The position numbers and the translations under genes were made by a program. This document shows, in pieces, positions 51,891-61,853 of a DNA stretch of 64,000 nucleotides (position 1 is its first letter; every line of letters begins with the position of its first letter). The DNA lies in assembly GCF_964355755.1 (NCBI RefSeq), contig NC_092679.1, positions 22,737,432 to 22,801,431 on the forward strand, in the 5' to 3' direction. The DNA is from Antedon mediterranea (lineage: Eukaryota > Animalia > Echinodermata). The notes beneath the pieces are model-generated. The model worked only from the letters and a program-made list of their open reading frames with translations. It was not told the DNA's origin and did not search any database.

Positions 51891-52300
51891 TTTCGTATAA
51901 CCATTGGATGAAGACAAAAAAAAAATAATCAAAGACACAAGAAGAATCAAAACGGAAAACGGAAGCAAGCGGACAAGAACTGTTTCGTTTGGACACTTTT
52001 AACTTCACGCCGGGGTTTTTCGAACGTTTTTTGAACATTTACCTTTTTTTTAATTTTGAACTTTGACCATTTTGAACATTGATGAACACTTTTCGCATTT
52101 CTTGAATTCGTTGTTTGAAAATTTGAACGTTGTTGAACACTCTTAGCATTATCTCCTTTAATTCGTTTTAATTGGATCCGAAGCATTTGGGGTAAGTCAG
52201 AACCATTTTGATTTTGATTTGTAACCTTGATTGAAAAGTGAGAGTTTACATATACACTAAATTGTTTTTGATATTTGATTAATAATTAATATTATAAAGT

Positions 52301-53266
52301 ATGGTCGACGTTGTTGATAACGAAGTAATTTTAAATGAGCCCGTCAATCCTCATCCCGTGCCCCACCTAAGACAAACCGATTTCCTTCCCAAAAGATATG
52401 ACGGTTCCATAACCGATCACGACCAATGTAGTGCACACTACTTATCGTTTACCGACTACCTTGAAGCCCACACTTTAGAAAACCCTGTAAACAATGCCCA
52501 ATTAATTAATGTAATAAGTATTTTTAAACGTAGCCTTCAGGGCCAAGCTAGACTCTGGATTGAGGGAAAGCAGTTCGATTCACTAGAATCCTTAAAAACC
52601 CAATTCATCAACAGGTTTAGTAAAAACAAATCAATCTATGCGCACATAAGAGAATACGATTCAATTACATACACCACTGGCGACAACGCCGAAAAGCACT
52701 TAACCAAAATCAAACAAGCCGCAGACAGAATTGGATACGCTGACCAGCAGATAAAGAATAAATTTATTTCGACCCTTCCACCAAAATGTAGAGCAGCTGT
52801 AGCCATGTCCACCCCAATCGATGCCACTATTGAAAATATTGTAAATAGCACACAAAATTACCTTGACCTTTCCGTAGATGATGCCACACGGGAAGTTTCA
52901 TTTAATATCAATAAGGAAACAGATAGGCCTAATAGTCTCGAATCGCTCCAACATGAGATAAATTCTCTCAAGTTAGACATGGCCACAACAAAACGATCCC
53001 TTAATGATGATACTCGACGCTCGCGTTCCCCCACCCGAAATTATATCCCAAGACGAAACCGAAGCCCAAGCCCATACAAACCCCGATTCCAGACCCCACC
53101 GACCCCAAGATATAGACAACTTCCCCCAACCTGTTATTACTGCGGGAAACCAGGCCACATAGCAAGGCACTGCCGACAACAAAACCGCTCTTACGGAAAC
53201 TATCCCCCGCCATACCCATACCAACAGTCAAACAATTACTACCCTAGCCACCAGCAGGATTTTTAA
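52301..53266 (+). CDS. gag: Gag (321 aa) with CCHC zinc knuckle
   Basis: FKRSLQGQARLW capsid-like motif, RS-rich segment, CYYCGKPGHIARHC. Confidence 0.93.
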   Translation: MVDVVDNEVILNEPVNPHPVPHLRQTDFLPKRYDGSITDHDQCSAHYLSFTDYLEAHTLENPVNNAQLINVISIFKRSLQGQARLWIEGKQFDSLESLKTQFINRFSKNKSIYAHIREYDSITYTTGDNAEKHLTKIKQAADRIGYADQQIKNKFISTLPPKCRAAVAMSTPIDATIENIVNSTQNYLDLSVDDATREVSFNINKETDRPNSLESLQHEINSLKLDMATTKRSLNDDTRRSRSPTRNYIPRRNRSPSPYKPRFQTPPTPRYRQLPPTCYYCGKPGHIARHCRQQNRSYGNYPPPYPYQQSNNYYPSHQQDF

Positions 53267-56200
53267 AAAGGGGACTAGATGCCGCCTATAATCTGGCCCC
53301 CCATACTAAATACGACAATTTTAAGGCAAAATACTTAGGGAATTCAGATAATATTGATTTGTTACTTAACGACAGAAATTACGTTAAAGGAAATTTACCA
53401 GATGGTAGAAATGTTTTAACTTTATTTGACAGTGGTTCAACTAGAACTATAATCTCACAATCGTACGTTAATTCCTCACTTTATTTATCGCGTTTAAAGC
53501 CAGTTAAAGTGAACACAACTAAATTTAGATTAGGTAACGGTGACTTCTTATATGCCAACCACTTAGTGCAATTCGAATTATTTATCCAAGGACACAAATT
53601 TAAAATTTCAGCATTAATCGTTAAAAATTTGACAGGTATTGACCTGATACTTGGAACCGAAACATTGTCTGAACTCGACGGTACTTTAAATTTTAAGGAA
53701 AACACATTTCGCATTAGACCAAAGGTTTTTAGCTTTCGTCCAGTACACAAGATTTTTCTTAAACCCGGTGATACTAAAACAGTTAAATTAAAAGGAAGGG
53801 TTCCCGCCTTTGTACGCAATTCCGATGTTGTTCTACATGCAACGACCCATATTTCAAAACTTTGTCCATCAGACATGTTAGTAAAATTACATAGAGGAGA
53901 AACCAACATTGATATCACTAACAACACAAACAGAAACGTATCTCTAAATACACATCAACCTATCGCGAGCCTTCACTTAACCAACCTTGTAACAGTTACT
54001 AACGACCTACCAATTGATAGAATAAAGTTGACCAATGACAACGCAAACAAGTACCCACATTTAGAACGTACAGACCCATTGCTAACTTTAACCGAGGAAG
54101 AAATAATTAGAAAACAAGTTGATTTAACAGACAGCGTTTTAACACATAGAGAAAAAGAAGATTTGTATAAAATATTACAACAAAACAGAAACGCATTTTC
54201 ACTTTATGGTGAACTATCTAGCTGCCCAAACTTCAAAGCTGACATACACCTCTCTAACGATGAACCATTTTTTATTCGCCCATACTTCGCGACAGACAAA
54301 GACAAACATGTTATTGAGGCCGAATTGAACAAATTAGTCAAATTAGGAATCTTAGCAGTAGGACACCAATCGTATACTTCCCCTGTCCTTCTTGTTTCAA
54401 AGAAAAATTCAAAAGATAAAAGAGTTGTCACAGACTTTCGCTATCTAAATTCCAGGATAAAACGTATTAATCACCCATTCCCATTATTGGCCGAAACTTT
54501 GAAAACAATAGGTAACGCTAATGCACAGATTCTTAGCGTAATTGATTTGAAATCAGCGTTCCACTGTGTACCATTAGCCGAACATGCCCAACAATATACA
54601 GGTATAGCTTCATATCATGGTGGAAAACATTATTATTATAAGAGATTAGCACAAGGATTAAACGTTTCACCAGGTATATTTCAAGCAAAGATTGACGAAA
54701 TTTTAAATGAAATCCCAAATTCTAGAGAATTCTGTATCGCCCATCACGATGATATTATTTTATTTAGCCAAGACAAATTTGCTCATAAGCAGCACCTTGT
54801 TTCCGTTTTACAAGCCCTACAATTAAATGGTTTTAGAATTTGTCCAAAGAAATGTAAGTTATTCAAGAATAAAGTGCAATATATGGGACACACCATCCTG
54901 ATTAATTCTTCAGGACACGCATGTATCACACCATTAGGCGACAGGTGTGCAGCTATCCGAAATTTGCCAGTCCCACGAACCCATAAAGAAACTAAACGAT
55001 TTATTGGTGCAGTAAATTATGTATCCCATTTTTTCCCTCAAATACAATCAATTTTACGTCCGTTACACACACTCGCAAGCAAACGCCGAAAATTTTGTTG
55101 GTCTACTGAACACCAGAAAGCATTTGACGAAATTAAACAATTAATGGTTAAACCACCAACTCTTCAAATGCCTAGAAAAGAAGGTAGATTTACGCTATAT
55201 AGCGACACTTCAAGAACCGCAACAGGTTCATATTTAACACAAACAGTAAACGGTAAAGAACACATAATAGGTTATTATTCCAAAATCTTACCACAAGCCT
55301 GTCAACGATATAGCGTCACAGAATTAGAGTTATTTGGACTTTACATTAACGTTTCAGCATTTCGACATTTACTAAAGGGTTGCGAATTTGATGCATTCGT
55401 AGACCACTCAGCAATTGTACAAATTTGGAATTCAAAAGATCAGCCATGTACACCCCGTTTACAGAAACTAATATTACGATTGTCCGGATACATTTTCCAA
55501 ATTGGTTATAAGAAAGGAACTGAATTAGTTTTAGCGGATTTTCTCTCCCGAGCCCCTCGTGATGACGATTCCGAAATTGATCAAGTTGTACCCATTGCAT
55601 TTAATATTACAGAGACTGAATCTCTTAACCCGATTACAAACACATCTACTAGCAGACCAGTAACAAGGTCATACGCCAAGAAAATGGGAATAAATATACC
55701 TGACCTACATAAACCCAAACCAGTACAAACGCCCGTCATTAATCAAAACCCAGTGACAACAAACACGCGACCTACACCTCAACCTTCCACTACACCACAG
55801 ATAATCACGAGACAACAAACAAACGCACATCGATCACCGCCTATCATAACGCCACCTATCGTAACACCACCCCCAATACGTAATGTAAACATTCGACAAC
55901 CTCCAGAGGAACGACTAGTAGACAAAAATAAGCAAAGCAAAGACACTACACATCGAAATGTACCAGTTGAATTGTATACATCGCCCAAACCACTAGTACC
56001 CAACATAACTGAATTTAAGTCAGCACACATCCCAAAACAACAAGACTTAGATAGATTAATGGATGTTATTCAAAGAAAGATAATTAGAGATTATAACCTC
56101 CCAGTAGATGTTAAACAATTACGTGTTGAACAAGAAACTTCACCATTTTTTAAGCCAGTTTACGATTATTTAGTTCATGATATCCTTCCAGCTGATAAGA

Positions 56201-57972
56201 AAGCAGCTCGTGCAGTTCAGAATAAGTCAGAGCAGTACATATTGTGCAACGGTTTACTATTCCGTTTATTTTTCCAAGATAAAGGTGGAGAATTTGTATT
56301 GCAATTAGCTGTTCCTGAAAACTTAGCCGAGACCGTTATTTCTCAGTATCACGACAATTTGTTAAGTAGCCACCAAGGTACGATGCGTACTTACCTTACT
56401 ATTAGGAAATTATTTTACATGCCCCTTATGTTCGAGAAAGTCAACAATTATACCCAAGCGTGTCTTAGATGTCAACAATTTCGTCCCAAAACCGATAAAT
56501 TACGTCCTTTACACGATCGAGTACCAGCAACTTACCGTCCCTTTCATACACTCAGTCTAGATTTTAAGAGTATGCCAACTTCACCTTCAGGTTTTAAACA
56601 TATTATGGTAGTATGTGATGAGATAACTAGATTTTTGATTTGTGTTCCTTTGAAATCCATTGATGCCGAAACAATTTGTGAAGCACTAATTCAAAAGGTC
56701 ATCAGTATTTTTGGACCCCCATCTCGTCTTATTTCAGATGCAGCAACCTCCCTTACAGGAAAATTATTAACACTATTATGTAACACCCTTAATATTGATA
56801 GGAAAATCATCAGCGTCCACAATCACGGTAGTTTACAAGTTGAACGTCATATCCGCACTGTATCGGACCTGTTAAAGGTCAACCTTAACCAATTCGGAAC
56901 AGATTGGGTTAGATTTGTATCAACAACATGTTATGCTTATAATTCTTTCTCATCCCCACATCTAGGAAACCACTCCCCTTACGAATTAGTTTTTGGCCGC
57001 CAACCTCCAAGTTTGACCTCATTAGCATTTAACCCTATTTCAGGATTGTCTCATTCCTATGAAGAATACTTTGAACACCTCAAGAAGAAATTTCAAAACA
57101 TTTCACAGACAACGCTACAATTACAGCGAACACAACAAAACGTCCAAAACTCAAAAATTTCCCAACGCTTAGAAAAAAGTCCAATTTACTCAGTAGGACA
57201 ACTCGTATATTTATACAAGCCAACATCATCATCACTAACGGCAAATTCAAAGAAAATCGCCGCAGAATGGGTCGGACCATTAGTAATTCATGAAGTACTA
57301 GACAGAACACACTACATCCTAGCGACGATTAAAGGAGAAATACTTCGCGACGTATTCAATTATAACAGACTGAAACCCTGTTTTATGAGAACACCCAAAG
57401 AACGCAAAAATTTTACACATCTACAAAAACTTAAACAATTGTTGAATGAACCCACCGATGATAATAACGAGAAAATCCAAAACACCATTAATGTAGTAAA
57501 TGACGAAATCAATGTTGAATTTGTAGACGAACATGATAGGACACCAGCCCAATTGCAATCAGATACCCTTACACATCCAACAAAGATAGAACCCCTTAAC
57601 TTGCAACCTTACATTGACTGTGTAGAGAACAACATGGGATTAGCAGCCCCATTCCAAATGAAAGAAGAACAAATCAAGGAACAAACTAATCTAATTATGA
57701 CAGCACCTAATGATTCAATTATGACATTAAACCGAGGTAGATTTAAAGCAGGACATTTCCAAGTTTTAGTTTCGTATTCTAAACCGACTTCAGCCAAACG
57801 CAACACCAATAAAACAAAACACGAATCTAATGATCGCAAATTTTGGTGGAATATTGACAGATATAACGATACAGATAAATTGATTAAAGAGATCATTAAA
57901 GATAAACAGATACCGATAAGTGGATCGCCAAAACGATTCATAAAACGTTTGTATAATGCAACGAATTACTGA
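53248..57972 (+). CDS. pol: Pol polyprotein PR-RT-RNaseH-IN, uninterrupted, in the -1 frame relative to gag
   Basis: LFDSGS protease; RVVTDFRYLN, IDLKSAF, RLAQGL, AHHDDII RT; YSDTS..YSVTELE..VDH RNase H; H-x6-H..CLRC, SLDF, ISDAA, VERHIRT and WVGPLVI integrase. Gypsy domain order. Frame open from 53248. Confidence 0.97.
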   Translation, partial: PPAGFLKRGLDAAYNLAPHTKYDNFKAKYLGNSDNIDLLLNDRNYVKGNLPDGRNVLTLFDSGSTRTIISQSYVNSSLYLSRLKPVKVNTTKFRLGNGDFLYANHLVQFELFIQGHKFKISALIVKNLTGIDLILGTETLSELDGTLNFKENTFRIRPKVFSFRPVHKIFLKPGDTKTVKLKGRVPAFVRNSDVVLHATTHISKLCPSDMLVKLHRGETNIDITNNTNRNVSLNTHQPIASLHLTNLVTVTNDLPIDRIKLTNDNANKYPHLERTDPLLTLTEEEIIRKQVDLTDSVLTHREKEDLYKILQQNRNAFSLYGELSSCPNFKADIHLSNDEPFFIRPYFATDKDKHVIEAELNKLVKLGILAVGHQSYTSPVLLVSKKNSKDKRVVTDFRYLNSRIKRINHPFPLLAETLKTIGNANAQILSVIDLKSAFHCVPLAEHAQQYTGIASYHGGKHYYYKRLAQGLNVSPGIFQAKIDEILNEIPNSREFCIAHHDDIILFSQDKFAHKQHLVSVLQALQLNGFRICPKKCKLFKNKVQYMGHTILINSSGHACITPLGDRCAAIRNLPVPRTHKETKRFIGAVNYVSHFFPQIQSILRPLHTLASKRRKFCWSTEHQKAFDEIKQLMVKPPTLQMPRKEGRFTLYSDTSRTATGSYLTQTVNGKEHIIGYYSKILPQACQRYSVTELELFGLYINVSAFRHLLKGCEFDAFVDHSAIVQIWNSKDQPCTPRLQKLILRLSGYIFQIGYKKGTELVLADFLSRAPRDDDSEIDQVVPIAFNITETESLNPITNTSTSRPVTRSYAKKMGINIPDLHKPKPVQTPVINQNPVTTNTRPTPQPSTTPQIITRQQTNAHRSPPIITPPIVTPPPIRNVNIRQPPEERLVDKNKQSKDTTHRNVPVELYTSPKPLVPNITEFKSAHIPKQQDLDRLMDVIQRKIIRDYNLPVDVKQLRVEQETSPFFKPVYDYLVHDILPADKKAARAVQNKSEQYILCNGLLFRLFFQDKGGEFVLQLAVPENLAETVISQYHDNLLSSHQGTMRTYLTIRKLFYMPLMFEKVNNYTQACLRCQQFRPKTDKLRPLHDRVPATYRPFHTLSLDFKSMPTSPSGFKHIMVVCDEITRFLICVPLKSIDAETICEALIQKVISIFGPPSRLISDAATSLTGKLLTLLCNTLNIDRKIISVHNHGSLQVERHIRTVSDLLKVNLNQFGTDWVRFVSTTCYAYNSFSSPHLGNHSPYELVFGRQPPSLTSLAFNPISGLSHSYEEYFEHLKKKFQNISQTTLQLQRTQQNVQNSKISQRLEKSPIYSVGQLVYLYKPTSSSLTANSKKIAAEWVGPLVIHEVLDRTHYILATIKGEILRDVFNYNRLKPCFMRTPKERKNFTHLQKLKQLLNEPTDDNNEKIQNTINVVNDEINVEFVDEHDRTPAQLQSDTLTHPTKIEPLNLQPYIDCVENNMGLAAPFQMKEEQIKEQTNLIMTAPNDSIMTLNRGRFKAGHFQVLVSYSKPTSAKRNTNKTKHESNDRKFWWNIDRYNDTDKLIKEIIKDKQIPISGSPKRFIKRLYNATNY

Positions 57973-58848
57973 TTTAAATTTTTTTTGCAAGATTATTTTT
58001 AAATTACGACATTTGCTAAATTAATGATAGCATAGTCTACGTATTTGATGAGATTTGTTTAGTAATGATGTGATTTCAGTTAAAAGAGAATTGAATTTAT
58101 GTTTAAGTATTGATTTTGTAACGAATTTTTTGATAAAGATTAATTTTGAATTTTGATGATCGATATATTGAGATATTGAAAAGAACGACAATCATTTTGT
58201 AACAAATATTTTGTTTAACCTTTGAGTCGTTAATCTCAAGCATTAATTAATTGATATACAATAATAGGAGATTTTCTTAGTACTTTTAATTGTAATTTTG
58301 TTGACATTGAGTACAAAAGTCGAATTTGTCGATTGATTGAAATCGTAATTACCTGTGAATATAAATGCTTAAATCGATAAAGTTGTGACGATAATGATAT
58401 ATTGTGGATAAGTTTGTGTCAACGGGACACACACATTTGTTTCTTTTAAAGTTTTAAGTGATTAAGTTTGATATTTGATTTTAGGCTAATCAGCCACAGT
58501 TTCTTGAATTTTACGTTTTAATTTGATGATTTATGTTTGAAGACCATTAGAACGCGATGAGTTGTCGCACGATTTGATGTATGTTCAATGTAACATACTA
58601 TTTTTAAGTTTTGTATTTTTATTTGAACTGATTTATGTTTGATTTACGCGAATTTTATACCAAATTCATTTTTAATTTCATTTTTTTTAAGAGAGAGAAG
58701 AGAGAGAGTGAAAGTGATAAGGTTACACTTCAGAGTCGATGGTTTTGGCTAACTCAATTTTTGCATATATGTATAATGTTTTTTTTCTTTTATATAACTT
58801 TAATTTTGCATGCCACTATTATAACCATTTTTATATGTTAAATAGATT

Positions 58849-58875
58849 AGAAAAAAAAAAAGGGAAACAGAGGGA
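58849..58875 (+). promoter_or_regulatory. Polypurine tract
   Basis: AG(A)nGGGAAACAGAGGGA abutting the 3' LTR. Confidence 0.9.
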
Positions 58876-59474
58876 TGTGATATAAAGATATACTTTTATA
58901 TTTAAGAAATTGACCTTTGTATCGGAATTTAAATAGGTTCACAAACTTGACCCAGAAAGTCCAAAGGAGAGTTTGTCCAGATGTTTTAATGACCATTTAG
59001 TTTATAATAGAATCCCTAAAGAAAACACTTAGCTTAACTTTGCGACCGTTCCCATCGTAAAACAATTAGATAATGACAGTTTTAAGCAGAGATTTGACAG
59101 TGTCATCCATCACAGAAATACCTTATTATACCGTTAATCACTCCCACTTAAACACCCCTGGATCAACTTAGGACCAATCGTTACCCTCACAGATGATGTA
59201 ATGACATTATGCAAATGAACTGAGCCAATATACTCCCAAGTTTCAGAAGGGCCCAGACACACCTTACAGCCACCTCACGGAGCACACACCTCACAGCAGA
59301 CTAACACACTTCACACCTCACCGACAGCATCATTGATCCTCCGCGTTCCTTATATATATACTTATAGTTGTATATTGTACTGAAGTATTATACTGAATAA
59401 ACAATATATGTGTTACGACAGTCAAGCGAGTCAGAGTCTTCATTAGTACCTCAACAACCCAACACTATATTACA
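58876..59474 (+). repeat. 3' LTR (599 bp), a distinct sequence variant
   Basis: TGTGATAT...ATATTACA; differs from the other two LTRs by a ~35-bp replaced block, a 27-bp deletion and several substitutions. Confidence 0.97.
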
Positions 59475-60598
59475 GTAGTACTAGTAGAATCGCATTTGAA
59501 ATTTTTGATTTTTTTTGAAGCCTCATCTGCCAACCATCCTCTCACCCACAGTTCCACATTGCACGTTTTTATCTGCAATGGAAAATGAAATTAAGAATTT
59601 ATTTAAACAGCTGACATCTCGTAAAACAAATGCAAATTATAGAAGAGAATTTTGGGGATTTTTCAGACAACTAAGATGGTAATATATTATTAACAAGTAT
59701 TTTTGAAAATAATAGTATTGATACATTACGCCCATGTTCCAATATGTGCTACGCAATTTAAAATATATGGAAATCACTACAAAAGAGGTGCTCATTATAC
59801 ATACATCGGCTGAACACTCCTCGTTATTGGTATAACATGCTTCAAAGGCAAATCGGTAAAGAGACCCTTCTACAACCTGGAAAAAATGACAAATATTTCA
59901 AGTTATGTGTGTAAAAGTCTACAAATTATTAGTTATTAATACTAGTCGTTACACAATGAACGGTACTACCTAAGTTAGTGAATTTGTGTTATCTTAAGAT
60001 GGCGACGTAGTGTATATACGACACAAACGTAAGTTCTTTTTTTTTTATATATTCTACTGCCAATGTATTGACAACATTTCTGCTGTAAATAAAAGTTCAT
60101 GAAATGAATTCATTTAGTTTTATCGTATATTCTATTTATATTGTTATTGTGTTGTCTTAAGGTAACCTAAACTTGTAAATGCTCAGCCTAGACCAAAGTA
60201 AAAACTGTTATGTTTAGAATTAAACATGGGAACCGTTCTTACAACACAACAAATATTATAATGTATTTTGTATACTATGTAGTTTAGATTAGCTGCGCAC
60301 AATCGTTATTTCCGCCGAATTACGGGCACTTAGGCCTACTATTGAGTTACATTGTCGAGGCTTGCAGGCCTCCGATTTATTAACATCTTAGGCCTACCTG
60401 TTCAGTGACAGAGGTAATCTTGGAAACTACGTATTTGTCAGAAGGTTCATTTTTATTGATTTCTTCAATTACAAACGCCATCTTGTTTTTAATATCAGTG
60501 TTAATTTCAATCTCCTGTATTCCTCCAGTCATTAGTGTGGCTCTAACAGTAGCCACCCAAAACGGATTCACCAAAAACAGTAAAAACAAACTTGCCAT
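59465..60598 (-). CDS. Secreted cystatin-like protein; exons 60598-60398, 59876-59805, 59572-59465; stop codon now supplied by the LTR
   Basis: Signal peptide, MTGG, Q|VVEG, CNVELWVRGW; ends FKCDSTSTT-VI* with VI* read from the LTR minus strand. Confidence 0.88.
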
Positions 60599-61554
60599 TT
60601 TTCTCTCTCAATAATTTTGAACGAAATGCACTGTCAAAATACGAAACGGACTGATTCATGCACTTATTATTCTGATATTGTAGCCTTTGTTAAGCAAATT
60701 ATAGTGCTTGTTATTGGTGAATGTCAAACCGCTTACTAAGTCAAAAAGATGAAGTTAAAATAGTATATATGGTTGACTAAAGAAGATTAGGTTGTATAGA
60801 ATTTTAGATATTTATGACAATGATAAGAAAAGTACATACACGACTCTAGTGACAAAAAAGGACAACAAATTATTAATTTTAAGAAACTTTTGAGAACAGA
60901 AAGAGTTTATGGCTCACGCAATGACAAATTAAGAGGTCAAACTGGATATGCCATCACAGGTTTTCACTGCCGATATCAACGTAGGCTATAACTTAGATAG
61001 GCCTTCTAAATAACGGAATTCAAAGCTAAAATACGTAACGTATGCAAACCGGGTTATCTCACGTACGACAAGAAAATTCACTTCAAACTTAGACTTGCTG
61101 TATTTATTGTCTTTTTTATGTTATATTATTATTGTGAAGAGCTAATACAAGTCAACTGACAAAAGAGTAGAGTAAGACAAAGATAGCAGATCAACGAGGA
61201 TTATCTATCTTTCAACAATGGTTGGAGGTACACACCTAATTGGTGGCAGTGGCTTAGGCTGCTTTTATGCTTTCCTGGCAGCTAGTGACTATGATTTTAT
61301 GTTTTCATCTTGCGTCGTGTTTGTTTAATTTGTTGATTTGTATTATATTTTGTAAAATGTATCTTTTGCCTGAATAAATAATAATAAAATAATGCGAAAT
61401 AATAAATAAAACAATTTAAACCATTACAATATCAAACAACATTATATTTAATCAATATTTTATACATTCATATCCAACTCAACTTGATAATTCATTTTTG
61501 TGACTGATTTCCACATTAAACATTGTTGTAATTGTTATCGACAAAGATGACAAC

Positions 61555-61795
61555 GGCAGTGACGACAACGACATTGACGACAACGACGGTGACGACAACG
61601 ACGGTGACGACAACGACGGTGACGACAACGACGGTGACGACAATGGCAGCGACGACGACGACAGTGACGACAACGACAGTGACGACAACGACGGTGACGA
61701 CAACGACGGTGACGACAACGACGGTGACGACAACGACGGTGACGACAATGGCAGCGACGACGACGACAGTGACGACAACGACAGTGACGACAACA
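61555..61795. repeat. 15-bp (GACGACAACGACGGT)n microsatellite-like expansion
   Basis: About 16 units. Confidence 0.95.
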
Positions 61796-61853
61796 ATAAC
61801 ATAATCATTATAGATACTATCATTCCATATTTTACATGTAAATAGAGTTATTT

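Larger units (their letters stand above)
49874..59474 (+). mobile_element. Ty3/Gypsy LTR retrotransposon composite with three LTRs, flanked by a GTAG TSD
   Basis: GTAG at 49870-49873 and 59475-59478; inverted LTR 49874-50497; inverted PPT+3'UTR 50498-50807; LTR 50808-51431; gag; pol; PPT; LTR 58876-59474. Confidence 0.93.

Noticed and set aside
52636-57990. Minus-strand ORFs within gag/pol
   Set aside because: Antisense shadows of a long coding frame with no recognisable motifs.
49874-59474. DIRS/tyrosine-recombinase element suggested by the inverted termini
   Set aside because: It encodes a protease and DDE integrase and has a PBS, PPT and TSD; no tyrosine recombinase.
61479-61823. Ser/Pro/Leu- or Thr-rich mucin-like ORFs
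   Set aside because: Translations of a 15-bp microsatellite in the cystatin 3' flank.
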